In this document: one piece after another, positions 16,887 through 24,994 of the stretch | How positions within the stretch are numbered: position 1 is the first letter of the stretch | Layout: every line of letters starts with the position of its first letter | Origin: Candidatus Oleincola secundus | GTDB taxonomy: Bacteria > Atribacterota > Phoenicimicrobiia > Phoenicimicrobiales > Stramentimicrobiaceae | NCBI GenBank assembly: GCA_018400815.1 | Contig: JAGYLS010000014.1 | Span: 1-30,495 of the forward strand | Reading direction: 5' to 3' | DNA: 30,495 bases | The notes under the pieces: model-generated | What the model was told of the DNA's origin: nothing | Databases searched by the model: none | Seen by the model: only the letters and a program-made list of their open reading frames with translations | Translations under genes and position numbers: made by a program

Positions 16887-18230
16887 TTAGCCAAGAATTC
16901 CTACGCTGTTTAGAAATACAACAAATACCGCAATTGGTATTACGTATTTAATCAGGAAGGAATAACTAGCGCCTAATTTGGTACTAGCACCTCGATTAGC
17001 TTCTTCAAGAGCCTTGTCAGTACCCCAGAACCATCCAATAAATATGGCAATCAGCATTCCACCCAACGGGAGCAGAATATTATTGGCAAAAAAGTCAAAG
17101 GAGTCTAAAATATCAAATCCCTTAATTAGTTTTACATTCGATAAAGTACTATAGCCAAGAGAAGGGAAAATACCGAGAATCCAGATAGCGATTCCCATAC
17201 CAATAGTTGCTTTCTTTCGGTTCCATTTGATTTCATCAATAAAGTAAGCAGCAACAACTTCTAATAAAGAAATTGCTGATGTTAAGGCGGCTACAGTCAA
17301 TAAAATAAAGAAGATGGTACCAAAGATATGTCCAGCAGCGCCCATTTGGGAAAAGACTGCCGGTAAAGTTATAAAGGTAAGCCCTGGACCTGCAGCTGGT
17401 TCTAAACCAAAAGCAAATACGGCCGGGAAGATAACGAATCCGGCTAATAGAGCAATTATTGTATCGAAGCTAACAACATACTTGGCATCCAAGGGTAAAT
17501 CTTCATCTTTTTTCAAGTAACTACCATAGGTTATCATACAACCCATTCCTAGGCTCAAAGTAAAGAAAACCTGGCCAAGAGCTGCCAAAAATCCTTCAGC
17601 ACTGAATGCGCTAAAATCAGGTTTTAGATAAAAAGATAATCCTTCTCCTGCGCCTGGTAATGTAACAGAACGGACAATCAGTACGAGAAGTAAAACTAAC
17701 AAAACAGGCATAAGGATTTTAGACCAGCGTTCTATTCCGTTTTCAACACCGCCATAAACAATGCCAATACACAAAAGCATAAATAGGGTATGCCAGAAAA
17801 TACCACCAAAGGTTGAACTGATTGAGCTTACAAAAATATTGGCAGCATCTGAGCCGGCAGCCATATAGGCACCGGATTTAAAGATATAAGAAAGTGACCA
17901 TCCGGCAACTACTGAGTAGTAAGAAAGGATGACGAATCCGGCAAGAACACCCATAAACCCGACTATTATCCAGGGGCTTCCCGGGGCTAGTGCCTTATAA
18001 GCACCAACGGGATTTTTTTGAGTCTTGCGGCCTAATAGTAATTCAGAGTTCATTACCGGGTAACCGATAAAGATTAGTAAAAGAATATAAACAAGAACAA
18101 ATGCTCCACCACCATACCTACCGGTAATAAATGGGAAACGCCATATATTACCTAAACCAATAGCTGAACCAGCAGCAGCAGCTATAAAGCCTGCTCGTGT
18201 TTGCCACTGTCCTCTTCCATTTTCACTCAT
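16887..18230 (-). CDS. Sodium-dependent transporter, NSS (SNF) family, probably an amino-acid symporter
   Basis: RGQWQTRAGFI, GSAIGLGNIWRFP, GGGAF, SYYSVVAGW, GQVFFTLSLGMG and AALTSAISLLE. ATG 18230 has better SD spacing than 18239. Confidence 0.94.
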   Translation of the reverse strand: MSENGRGQWQTRAGFIAAAAGSAIGLGNIWRFPFITGRYGGGAFVLVYILLLIFIGYPVMNSELLLGRKTQKNPVGAYKALAPGSPWIIVGFMGVLAGFVILSYYSVVAGWSLSYIFKSGAYMAAGSDAANIFVSSISSTFGGIFWHTLFMLLCIGIVYGGVENGIERWSKILMPVLLVLLLVLIVRSVTLPGAGEGLSFYLKPDFSAFSAEGFLAALGQVFFTLSLGMGCMITYGSYLKKDEDLPLDAKYVVSFDTIIALLAGFVIFPAVFAFGLEPAAGPGLTFITLPAVFSQMGAAGHIFGTIFFILLTVAALTSAISLLEVVAAYFIDEIKWNRKKATIGMGIAIWILGIFPSLGYSTLSNVKLIKGFDILDSFDFFANNILLPLGGMLIAIFIGWFWGTDKALEEANRGASTKLGASYSFLIKYVIPIAVFVVFLNSVGILG

Positions 18231-18572
18231 TTCTTTCATCTCCTTAATTAAATAATTAAATATAAGAATGCACTTTTAGTAAATTATTAGCTGAAACATG
18301 AAGCTTATTAAAACAAAAATTCAATGAATTGTTGTTTACCACCTCCTTTTAAAGTTAATTTATTCCATGTTCAATTATGTTTTAGATACATTTAGGTAAA
18401 ATTTTTTTTAATGTATTAGAAGATTCAAATATTATTTATAGATATTATATAACTTTAATAGACAAAAAATAGTCTTTCCTATCTTAAATATTTTATAATT
18501 TTTAGCAGCAAACGGTTATTTTAAAAACATTTATTATTATTTAGTAGGTTATAATTATATAATTAATTTCAA

Positions 18573-18601
18573 AGTTTAGCACCTTTTATTATTAATGTCA
18601 A
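18573..18601 (-). promoter_or_regulatory. Putative sigma70 promoter for the NSS transporter
   Basis: Minus strand TTGACA-N17-TAAACT with an extended -10 TG. Confidence 0.55.
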
Positions 18602-18720
18602 AAAGAATGAAAGACAAAAATAAAAATGTTAAAATAATATTTGCTTGTTATAATACTAGTTATAAAGAACTAAAAATTATAAATATTTTAAAAAAGCAAT
18701 TTAAGAGCATTTTTATTTAT

Positions 18721-18915
18721 TTAACCATAAAAAGATTGAGAGTAGCTAGATGACAGTTTTTCACTTGAAGTCCAAAGTTGGAAGTACGATTGCTTAGAAA
18801 TATTATAGCTAAAGTATAAATAAAAAATCGAAAGAAAAAGAGCCAAAAAGTGGTAAAAAGTTAAACCCCTTTTAGAGATTTCTTCAAGCCACCCGCTATG
18901 TGGGTACGATTTTTT
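18721..18915 (+). mobile_element. Dispersed repeat copy C (short form)
   Basis: Close match to copies A and B from ttaaccataaaaagatt to aagccacccgctatgtgggtacgat. Confidence 0.75.
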
Positions 18916-18923
18916 TTAAACTG

Positions 18924-18952
18924 TTGAATTGAAGTAAAACAAGTGGTATATT
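18924..18952 (+). promoter_or_regulatory. Putative sigma70 promoter for acyP-ccdA
   Basis: TTGAAT-N17-TATATT with an extended -10 TG. Confidence 0.45.
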
Positions 18953-18988
18953 TTATCAAATAAGATTTAAAAATTATGGTGGTTCATT

Positions 18989-19300
18989 ATGTTAAGAAAT
19001 AACCATGAAAGAATAGGTGATAAAAACAACCGGGTGAGAGCCTATATTATTTTAACCGGTAGGGTACAAGGTGTAGCATTTCGTTATTATGCTCGAAATA
19101 TAGCGAATAGGCTCGGAGTAAAAGGATGGATAAGAAACTTAGACAATGGAGACGTAGAGGCAACTATTGAGGGAGAGAGAAATTCAGTTAATCAGATGAT
19201 TGAATGGTGTAAAAAGGGCCCGAGTCTGGCTTTGGTAGAGGATATAAAAATAATTTGGCAGTCCTATGCTGGTGATTTTAGTGAATTTCATATTGAATGA
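18989..19300 (+). CDS. acyP: Acylphosphatase
   Basis: GRVQGVAFR, GWIRNLDNGDVE and WCKKGPS motifs. Confidence 0.93.
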   Translation: MLRNNHERIGDKNNRVRAYIILTGRVQGVAFRYYARNIANRLGVKGWIRNLDNGDVEATIEGERNSVNQMIEWCKKGPSLALVEDIKIIWQSYAGDFSEFHIE

Positions 19301-19377
19301 TAATATTAGTAGTAGTATAGTTTTATTTTTTTGAAGAAATAGAAAATAATTGAGAAAAAAATAGAGGAAGGAAAAAA

Positions 19378-20097
19378 ATGTTAGCATTACAGGAAGTTTC
19401 TTATTTTGCGGCTTTTTTAGCTGGATTATTGTCATTTCTATCACCCTGTATCTTGCCTCTAGTACCAGGGTATATTTCATTTATTTCCGGGATATCTTTA
19501 GAGGATTTAAACAATAATAACAGTAAAAAAAGAAATAACTTTTATCGTGTTCTTACAGGGGCCTTATTTTTTATCTTCGGATTTTCTATCGTCTTTATTC
19601 TTTTGGGTGCTTCTGCAACTTTTCTTGGGCAGTTTTTACAGGAATATTCGGTTTGGTTTAAAAGAATAGGCGGTATAATCATTATCTTATTCGGGTTGCA
19701 TATGATAGGGATTATAAACATTCCTTTTTTAAATTTTCAAAAAAAGTTCCAAACCAGATCAGGTCTTTCTTTTAATTTATTTTTTACACCATTTTTAATC
19801 GGTTTTGCTTTTGCTTTTGGATGGACCCCCTGTATCGGACCTATTCTGGCTGCTATTTTAGTCTATGCGGGTACCCAGGATACGGTTATTAAAGGCATGT
19901 CCTTATTATCCCTCTATTCTTTGGGTTTGGGGATTCCTTTTTTATTAACGGCTTTAGCGGTAAATCAATTCTATCAATTAAGTGTGCAGATTAAAAAATA
20001 TTTCAAGATAATTGAATGGGTAGGGGGCTTGCTATTAATTCTGATAGGTATTTTTATTTTTAGTGATAATTTGACAATTCTGTCTTCTTATTTTTGA
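19378..20097 (+). CDS. ccdA: Cytochrome c biogenesis / thiol-disulfide transporter CcdA
   Basis: AGLLSFLSPCILPLVPGY, FAFGWTPCIGPIL and YSLGLGIPF; about six TM segments. Confidence 0.92.
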   Translation: MLALQEVSYFAAFLAGLLSFLSPCILPLVPGYISFISGISLEDLNNNNSKKRNNFYRVLTGALFFIFGFSIVFILLGASATFLGQFLQEYSVWFKRIGGIIIILFGLHMIGIINIPFLNFQKKFQTRSGLSFNLFFTPFLIGFAFAFGWTPCIGPILAAILVYAGTQDTVIKGMSLLSLYSLGLGIPFLLTALAVNQFYQLSVQIKKYFKIIEWVGGLLLILIGIFIFSDNLTILSSYF

Positions 20098-20098
20098 T

Positions 20099-20349
20099 TT
20101 AACCATAAAAAACCACTTTCTTTGAAAGTGGTAATGGGTAAATAAAATGGTTTTACCATAAAGATAAAGCTATACTAACTGAAATATGTTTAGCTCAAAT
20201 CATAAATAGATGCAAAATAGCATAAAAGAGCTCTTTTAAAAGATAGCTAAGAGATCAAGAGAAAAGAGCAGAGAAAAAACTATCTAAAAAAACTTAAGCC
20301 CACTTCAGAGGCTTTTTAAAGCCACCTGCTATGCGGGCGTGATATTCAC
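20099..20349 (+). mobile_element. Dispersed repeat copy D (long form, divergent body)
   Basis: 5' ttaaccataaaaaaccactttc-ttt-gaaagtggtaatgggtaaataaaatggttttaccataaag and 3' aagcc...ggctttttaaagccacctgctatgcgggcgtgatattcac. Confidence 0.7.
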
Positions 20350-20357
20350 TGAATGAT

Positions 20358-20385
20358 TTGACATCAATTATTATTCATGTATAAT
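20358..20385 (+). promoter_or_regulatory. Sigma70-type promoter of the thioredoxin-like gene
   Basis: TTGACA-N16-TATAAT. Confidence 0.7.
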
Positions 20386-20437
20386 TTAACACACTAAAAA
20401 TAACACTAAATCAATGAATAGGTGAGGTAGTATAATT

Positions 20438-20986
20438 ATGAAGAAATTCTTAAAAAATAGATATAAATTTTTTTTATTGTTATTTATTATAACATTGTTA
20501 ATTTATGGTTTTACAGGTTCAGTAGCCGTTTCCTCCGGGGAAGAGGCAGAGCAGAATAATGATATCTTAAAGTGGCTATCTTATGACCAAGCATTGACAA
20601 AATCAAAAATTGAGAATATACCGACCCTGATTTATTTCTATTCTGACAACTGTGGATGGTGCAGAAAATTGGAAGATGAAACTTTCAAAAATCAAGATGT
20701 TAAGGAATTAATGAATAGTGATTTTGCCATTGTTGAAATTAACAGTAATTCCTCTAACGTTGTTGTTACCGATAAGGGCAAAATTACCGAAAAGCAACTA
20801 TCGCAGGAATTTTATCAGGTAAGGGCAAATCCAACCATTTGGTTTTTAACCAGTAATCAAGAACGCATTGCTCCCTTGCCGGGTTATGCACCTGCTGAGG
20901 ATTTCATCAGTGTTTTACATTATATAAGAGATGGTTATTATAGGGATTATAGTTTCCCCGAATACAGGGAAGAATTCAATGAGTAA
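20438..20986 (+). CDS. Exported thioredoxin-fold protein (SoxW/Thioredoxin_2-like)
   Basis: Signal/anchor helix, FYSDNCGWCRKL (CxxC), VRANPT cis-Pro loop and LPGY; adjacent to ccdA. Confidence 0.85.
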   Translation: MKKFLKNRYKFFLLLFIITLLIYGFTGSVAVSSGEEAEQNNDILKWLSYDQALTKSKIENIPTLIYFYSDNCGWCRKLEDETFKNQDVKELMNSDFAIVEINSNSSNVVVTDKGKITEKQLSQEFYQVRANPTIWFLTSNQERIAPLPGYAPAEDFISVLHYIRDGYYRDYSFPEYREEFNE

Positions 20987-21044
20987 AGGAATTTATTTTT
21001 CAATCTAGAATTTTTCTTATCAAATATTACCAAAGTAAGCTAGT

Positions 21045-21092
21045 AATAAAAATGAGATAGTTATCAATACACTTGACTATCTCATTTTTATT
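21045..21092 (+). terminator. Intrinsic terminator after the thioredoxin gene
   Basis: aataaaaatgagatagtta / tgactatctcatttttatt inverted repeat. Confidence 0.7.
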
Positions 21093-21339
21093 TAACCATA
21101 AAAATCACCTTCTTTGAAGGTGGTAATGGTTAAATAAAAGGTTTTACCATAAAGACGATAAATGTGCTACCTAAAATATTTTACCTGAGGTCCCAAACAG
21201 AGACAATATTGCTTAGAAATAATTGGAAAACACCGTTTGGAAACTAGATAAGAGAAAAGAACAGGAAAATGGCTAAATTAAAGATAAGCCCCTTTCAGAG
21301 GCTTTTTAAAGCCACCCGCTTTGCGGGTGCGATATTTAT
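21092..21339 (+). mobile_element. Dispersed repeat copy E (long form, divergent body)
   Basis: 5' ttaaccataaaaatcaccttc-ttt-gaaggtggtaatggttaaataaaa and 3' aagcccctttcagaggctttttaaagccacccgctttgcgggtgcgatattta. Confidence 0.75.
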
Positions 21340-21436
21340 TATATGTCAATGTTTAATATTAGCAGCAATAGCAGCAAAAAATATTATAGTACTGGATATG
21401 ATAATATAAAAGAAAAATAGTTTGAGGTAAAAAGGT

Positions 21437-22405
21437 TTGCAGGACGCATCAATTGAAGTTCAAAAAATAATTGACAATATCAGAAAAATTGTAAAGGAAA
21501 AATCCGCTACAGTTGCTTTTTCCGGAGGACTTGATAGCACTGTAGTACTTAATTTAGCCAAAAAAGCCCTGGATAAGGAGAAATTGACTGCAGCCAATGT
21601 TGATTTCGGATTATTTACCTATAATAAAGCTCGTGAAAATATACAAGCGATAAGCAAATCTTTACAAATAAAACTTATCATAATTTTCGGTGAATCGGAA
21701 CAAGTGACTATAATGAGAGGCGGACCGGATTGTAATTTATGTACCAAGAAAGTTAAATTAGGCTTAATTAAAAAAGAATTTAAAAAAGAAATTATTTTAA
21801 CTGGTTCTAACCAAAGCGATAGCTGGGGAAAATACGGAATTGACTTCCAGGACCGTTATTATGCGCCATTGTTTCCTTACTCAAAAAATCAAATTAAGAC
21901 TATTGCTAATTATTTAAATATTGAAATCAAACGCATTGGAGAAAATAATAATCGTGAAGGATGCAAATTAAAACATTTACTTAAGCCTTTAATTAATCTT
22001 GCTTATCATGGGCATGCAGTTAATAAAGCAAATGAGTTGCTGTTAGAGAAGATTTATAAATCAGCTATTTACACTGAAAAAGCAAATGTTAAAATTATTG
22101 GTCCCTTAAGCAGGAACATTGCCTTGATTAATGTTTACCCATTACCAGAACAAAGTTGGTTAGATGAAGCAAAATATCAAATAGAGCACTTGGGAGGTAT
22201 CGAAGAATGTCAAATTGTTGACCACCCTTTGGAATTGTTGATAAAAGCCAACAAAGGTCAATTCAATAATCTTCGTTCCCGCTATTGGCTAGAGAAGGGT
22301 AGATTGCAACCGGATTTTGCCTTTCCCGTAAAGGTAAGATGGTTATTAACCAGCAATAGAAAGTTGAAAACATTTCAGGTTGTCGATTATAATAAGTTAG
22401 TGTAA
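21437..22405 (+). CDS. PP-loop (adenine nucleotide alpha hydrolase) ATPase, ExsB/LarE/TtuA-like, function unknown
   Basis: VAFSGGLDS PP-loop, CNLC, TGSNQSD and a distal GC. TTG start after GAGG. Confidence 0.75.
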   Translation: MQDASIEVQKIIDNIRKIVKEKSATVAFSGGLDSTVVLNLAKKALDKEKLTAANVDFGLFTYNKARENIQAISKSLQIKLIIIFGESEQVTIMRGGPDCNLCTKKVKLGLIKKEFKKEIILTGSNQSDSWGKYGIDFQDRYYAPLFPYSKNQIKTIANYLNIEIKRIGENNNREGCKLKHLLKPLINLAYHGHAVNKANELLLEKIYKSAIYTEKANVKIIGPLSRNIALINVYPLPEQSWLDEAKYQIEHLGGIEECQIVDHPLELLIKANKGQFNNLRSRYWLEKGRLQPDFAFPVKVRWLLTSNRKLKTFQVVDYNKLV

Positions 22406-22468
22406 GTAATTAATTTGGATTTTAATAAATTAACATTAAAGTAAAATATCAGCAAAGGAGTAGTTTTT

Positions 22469-23011
22469 ATGAGTAATGAATTAGGTTATATCAATTATGA
22501 AGATACAATTAGAAATGCAGTAGAATTGATGGCACTATCTGCCAGGACAGCTCCCAAGTCGGCTGGAGAAGATTTTGTGGAAATCAAGATACTTTATGGG
22601 GATGAAGTGATTAAATTGGGAGAGGAAATGATAAAATATGGTATAGAAAATAATAAGAGAAATTTTGATCGTGATGGCGAAAATGTAAAGAATTCCCCAG
22701 CTGTATTGTTGATTGGCTTAAAGGATGCCCAGACATTAGGTCTTGATTGCGGAGCCTGCGGATTTAATAGTTGTTCAGAATGTAAAGAACATAGTGGCCT
22801 TGAATTCGATGGCCCCCAATGTGCTTTTCGTATTTTGGATATGGGCATTGCTATTGGATCTGCTGCTAAAATGGCAGGCATATTAAGTATAGATAACCGT
22901 ATTATGTACAGGGCTGGGGTAGTTGCTAAAAGGATAGGACTTATTGATGCTAGTTTTGTCATGGGAATACCTTTTTCAGTAACCGGAAAAAATATTTATT
23001 TTGACAGATAA
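22469..23011 (+). CDS. Ferredoxin-like domain protein (DUF2148-like)
   Basis: MALSARTAPK, RNFDRDG, DCGACGFNSCSEC, DMGIAIGSA, DNRIMYRAG and C-terminal GKNIYFDR. Confidence 0.82.
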   Translation: MSNELGYINYEDTIRNAVELMALSARTAPKSAGEDFVEIKILYGDEVIKLGEEMIKYGIENNKRNFDRDGENVKNSPAVLLIGLKDAQTLGLDCGACGFNSCSECKEHSGLEFDGPQCAFRILDMGIAIGSAAKMAGILSIDNRIMYRAGVVAKRIGLIDASFVMGIPFSVTGKNIYFDR

Positions 23012-23024
23012 ATACAGCTAGGAT

Positions 23025-23073
23025 TGAGAAATATTTGCACAGCTGATAAGAAATAAAGCGCAATAATTTCGCA
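23025..23073. promoter_or_regulatory. Paired putative enhancer (UAS) sites for a sigma54 activator
   Basis: TGAGAAATATTTGCAC (23025-23040) and GCGCAATAATTTCGCA (23058-23073). The reverse complement of the second matches the first at 12 of 16 positions. They lie ~180-225 bp upstream of the -24 element. Confidence 0.5.
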
Positions 23074-23249
23074 GTAAAAAGACGCTTTTGCTGCCAATGA
23101 GATTGTTTATGTTTATTATTTAAAAGAATAGTTATTAAATAAAATGATAATACCAGGCGAAGTAAATCTTTATTTATATTGCTTTAGAAGGGTGGATGCT
23201 TTTTAACTATGGCGATAAATTAATAAAATAAATTGTATGAACTTTATTC

Positions 23250-23265
23250 TGGCATAGAAATTGCT
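23250..23265 (+). promoter_or_regulatory. Sigma54 (-24/-12) promoter of degP
   Basis: TGGCATAGAAATTGCT has exact GG-N10-GC spacing and matches TGGCA...TTGCW. A sigma54 activator is encoded downstream. Confidence 0.8.
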
Positions 23266-23428
23266 TTTATAGATATTTAGATAGAAAAAACATATAATAA
23301 AAAAGGAGATGATTTCTTATGTCAGAGCCATTTTTATAAAGAAATAAATAATTCAAAAATATTATTTAAAAGTACCAAAGAGAAATTCTGAAATATTTCA
23401 ATAATTTTTTCTATGAGGAGGTAAGAAT

Positions 23429-24865
23429 ATGTTACAAAAAAGTATTATAAAAAGACAAAAACTATATTTTATTTCTATATCACTAATATTTATATTTTTG
23501 CTGAGTTTTGCAGGAACAGGAATTGCACAACAAAAACAGTCTATTGTTAAATCTCTTAGTGATGATATTGCTCAAATTGCGGAGACCGTAGGTCCGGCAG
23601 TAGTAAATATTGATGTAGTACGTTATGTGGAAACATCACCTTTTGGCAGTCAATTTAATGACCCATTTTTTGAGAGATTCTTTGAACAATTTGAAGAATA
23701 TCGGAAACGTATTCCTCAAAAAGGTGCCGGGTCAGGATTTATTGTTGATAAGGAAGGCCATATTTTAACCAATGAACATGTAGTTCATAATGCTGAAGAG
23801 ATTAAAGTAACCTTATCAGATGGACGCGAATTTATTGGAGAAGTAGTTGGTTCTGATATTACGACAGATATGGCTATTGTTAAAATTGATGCCAATGATC
23901 TTCCGATAGCAGAATTAGGAGATTCTGATTCACTCAGAGTCGGAGAAATTGTCATTGCTATCGGAAATCCATATGGCTTAGAAAAGACGGTTACTATGGG
24001 TGTTGTTAGTGCCAAGGGTAGGGACATCAATGCCGGCTCAGATGGACAGGAATATCGTAACCTTATTCAGACAGATACAGCAATTAACCTGGGTAACAGT
24101 GGCGGACCCTTGCTCAATACAGACGGAGAAGTAGTAGGAATAAACACTGCAATTATACCTTATGCACAAGGTATTGGTTTTGCCATTCCAGTAAGTGTAG
24201 CCCAGCGTAATCTTGATGATTTAATTACTCTTGGAAAGGTAAGAAGATCCTGGTTGGGTGTTTATATTCAACAGGTAACTCCGGAGATTGCCGAACAATT
24301 TGACCTTGCAGAGGCCGAAGGCGTATTGGTTGGTGATATAATAGAAGATAGTCCTGCTGAAAAGGCCGGCCTTGTTAGAGGTGATGTAATTATATCCGTC
24401 AACGATATAGAAGTAAACACACCACAGGAGCTGCAGGATACTATCCGCGCTTTAGAAATAGGTGAAAGAGCTGAGTTAATAGTAAAGAGAAACGGGGAAG
24501 AGTCAAATATTATGGTTGATATAGCAGAAATGCCTTCAGATGAAGTCGTAGAAACTAAAGAAAAAGTCTTTTCCGAACAAACTGGAATCAAGGTTGAAGA
24601 GGTAACTCCTGAGATCGCCCGTGAAGCAAATTTGCCATGGGTAAAAGGATTAGTTATAACCGATATTATTCCCGGTAGCTCTGCAGATGATATGGGATTA
24701 AGAAGAGGAGATATTATTCTGGAAGCCAATAGAAATGAATTATCATCGATTGCTGAATGGGAAGAAATAATTAATCAGCTAGAAACAGGAGATACTTTGC
24801 TGCTCTTGGTTTTCCGAGATGGCCATACTTATTATGTTCCTATCAAAATAGAGGAAATAGAATAG
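23429..24865 (+). CDS. degP: HtrA/DegP (Do family) periplasmic serine endoprotease with two PDZ domains
   Basis: Signal peptide, GSGFI, LTNEHVV (His), TDMA (Asp), IQTDTAINLGNSGGPL (Ser) and two PDZ repeats. Confidence 0.92.
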   Translation: MLQKSIIKRQKLYFISISLIFIFLLSFAGTGIAQQKQSIVKSLSDDIAQIAETVGPAVVNIDVVRYVETSPFGSQFNDPFFERFFEQFEEYRKRIPQKGAGSGFIVDKEGHILTNEHVVHNAEEIKVTLSDGREFIGEVVGSDITTDMAIVKIDANDLPIAELGDSDSLRVGEIVIAIGNPYGLEKTVTMGVVSAKGRDINAGSDGQEYRNLIQTDTAINLGNSGGPLLNTDGEVVGINTAIIPYAQGIGFAIPVSVAQRNLDDLITLGKVRRSWLGVYIQQVTPEIAEQFDLAEAEGVLVGDIIEDSPAEKAGLVRGDVIISVNDIEVNTPQELQDTIRALEIGERAELIVKRNGEESNIMVDIAEMPSDEVVETKEKVFSEQTGIKVEEVTPEIAREANLPWVKGLVITDIIPGSSADDMGLRRGDIILEANRNELSSIAEWEEIINQLETGDTLLLLVFRDGHTYYVPIKIEEIE

Positions 24866-24881
24866 ATAGTTGTAATGAGTG

Positions 24882-24925
24882 AAGAAAAAAAGAGAACCGG
24901 GAATTACCGGTTCTCTTTTTTTCTT
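24882..24925 (+). terminator. Intrinsic terminator after degP
   Basis: Perfect 19-bp inverted repeat aagaaaaaaagagaaccgg / ccggttctctttttttctt. Confidence 0.85.
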
Positions 24926-24994
24926 AAAAATCCAATTTTGTAAGCAATGAAGCTATAGATAATAGTTCAATTATTGCTGGTAGTTAAATAATCT

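Noticed and set aside
10459..21339. Repeats as a CRISPR array
   Set aside because: Copies are ~200 bp, dispersed between genes in both orientations, with no repeat-spacer periodicity and no cas genes.
24268..24729. 153-aa antisense ORF inside degP, and similar shadow ORFs (e.g. 22594-22962, 5949-6284, 13500-13781, 19184-19480, 29001-29225)
   Set aside because: They overlap well-supported genes on the opposite strand, show no recognisable motifs, and are expected from codon bias.
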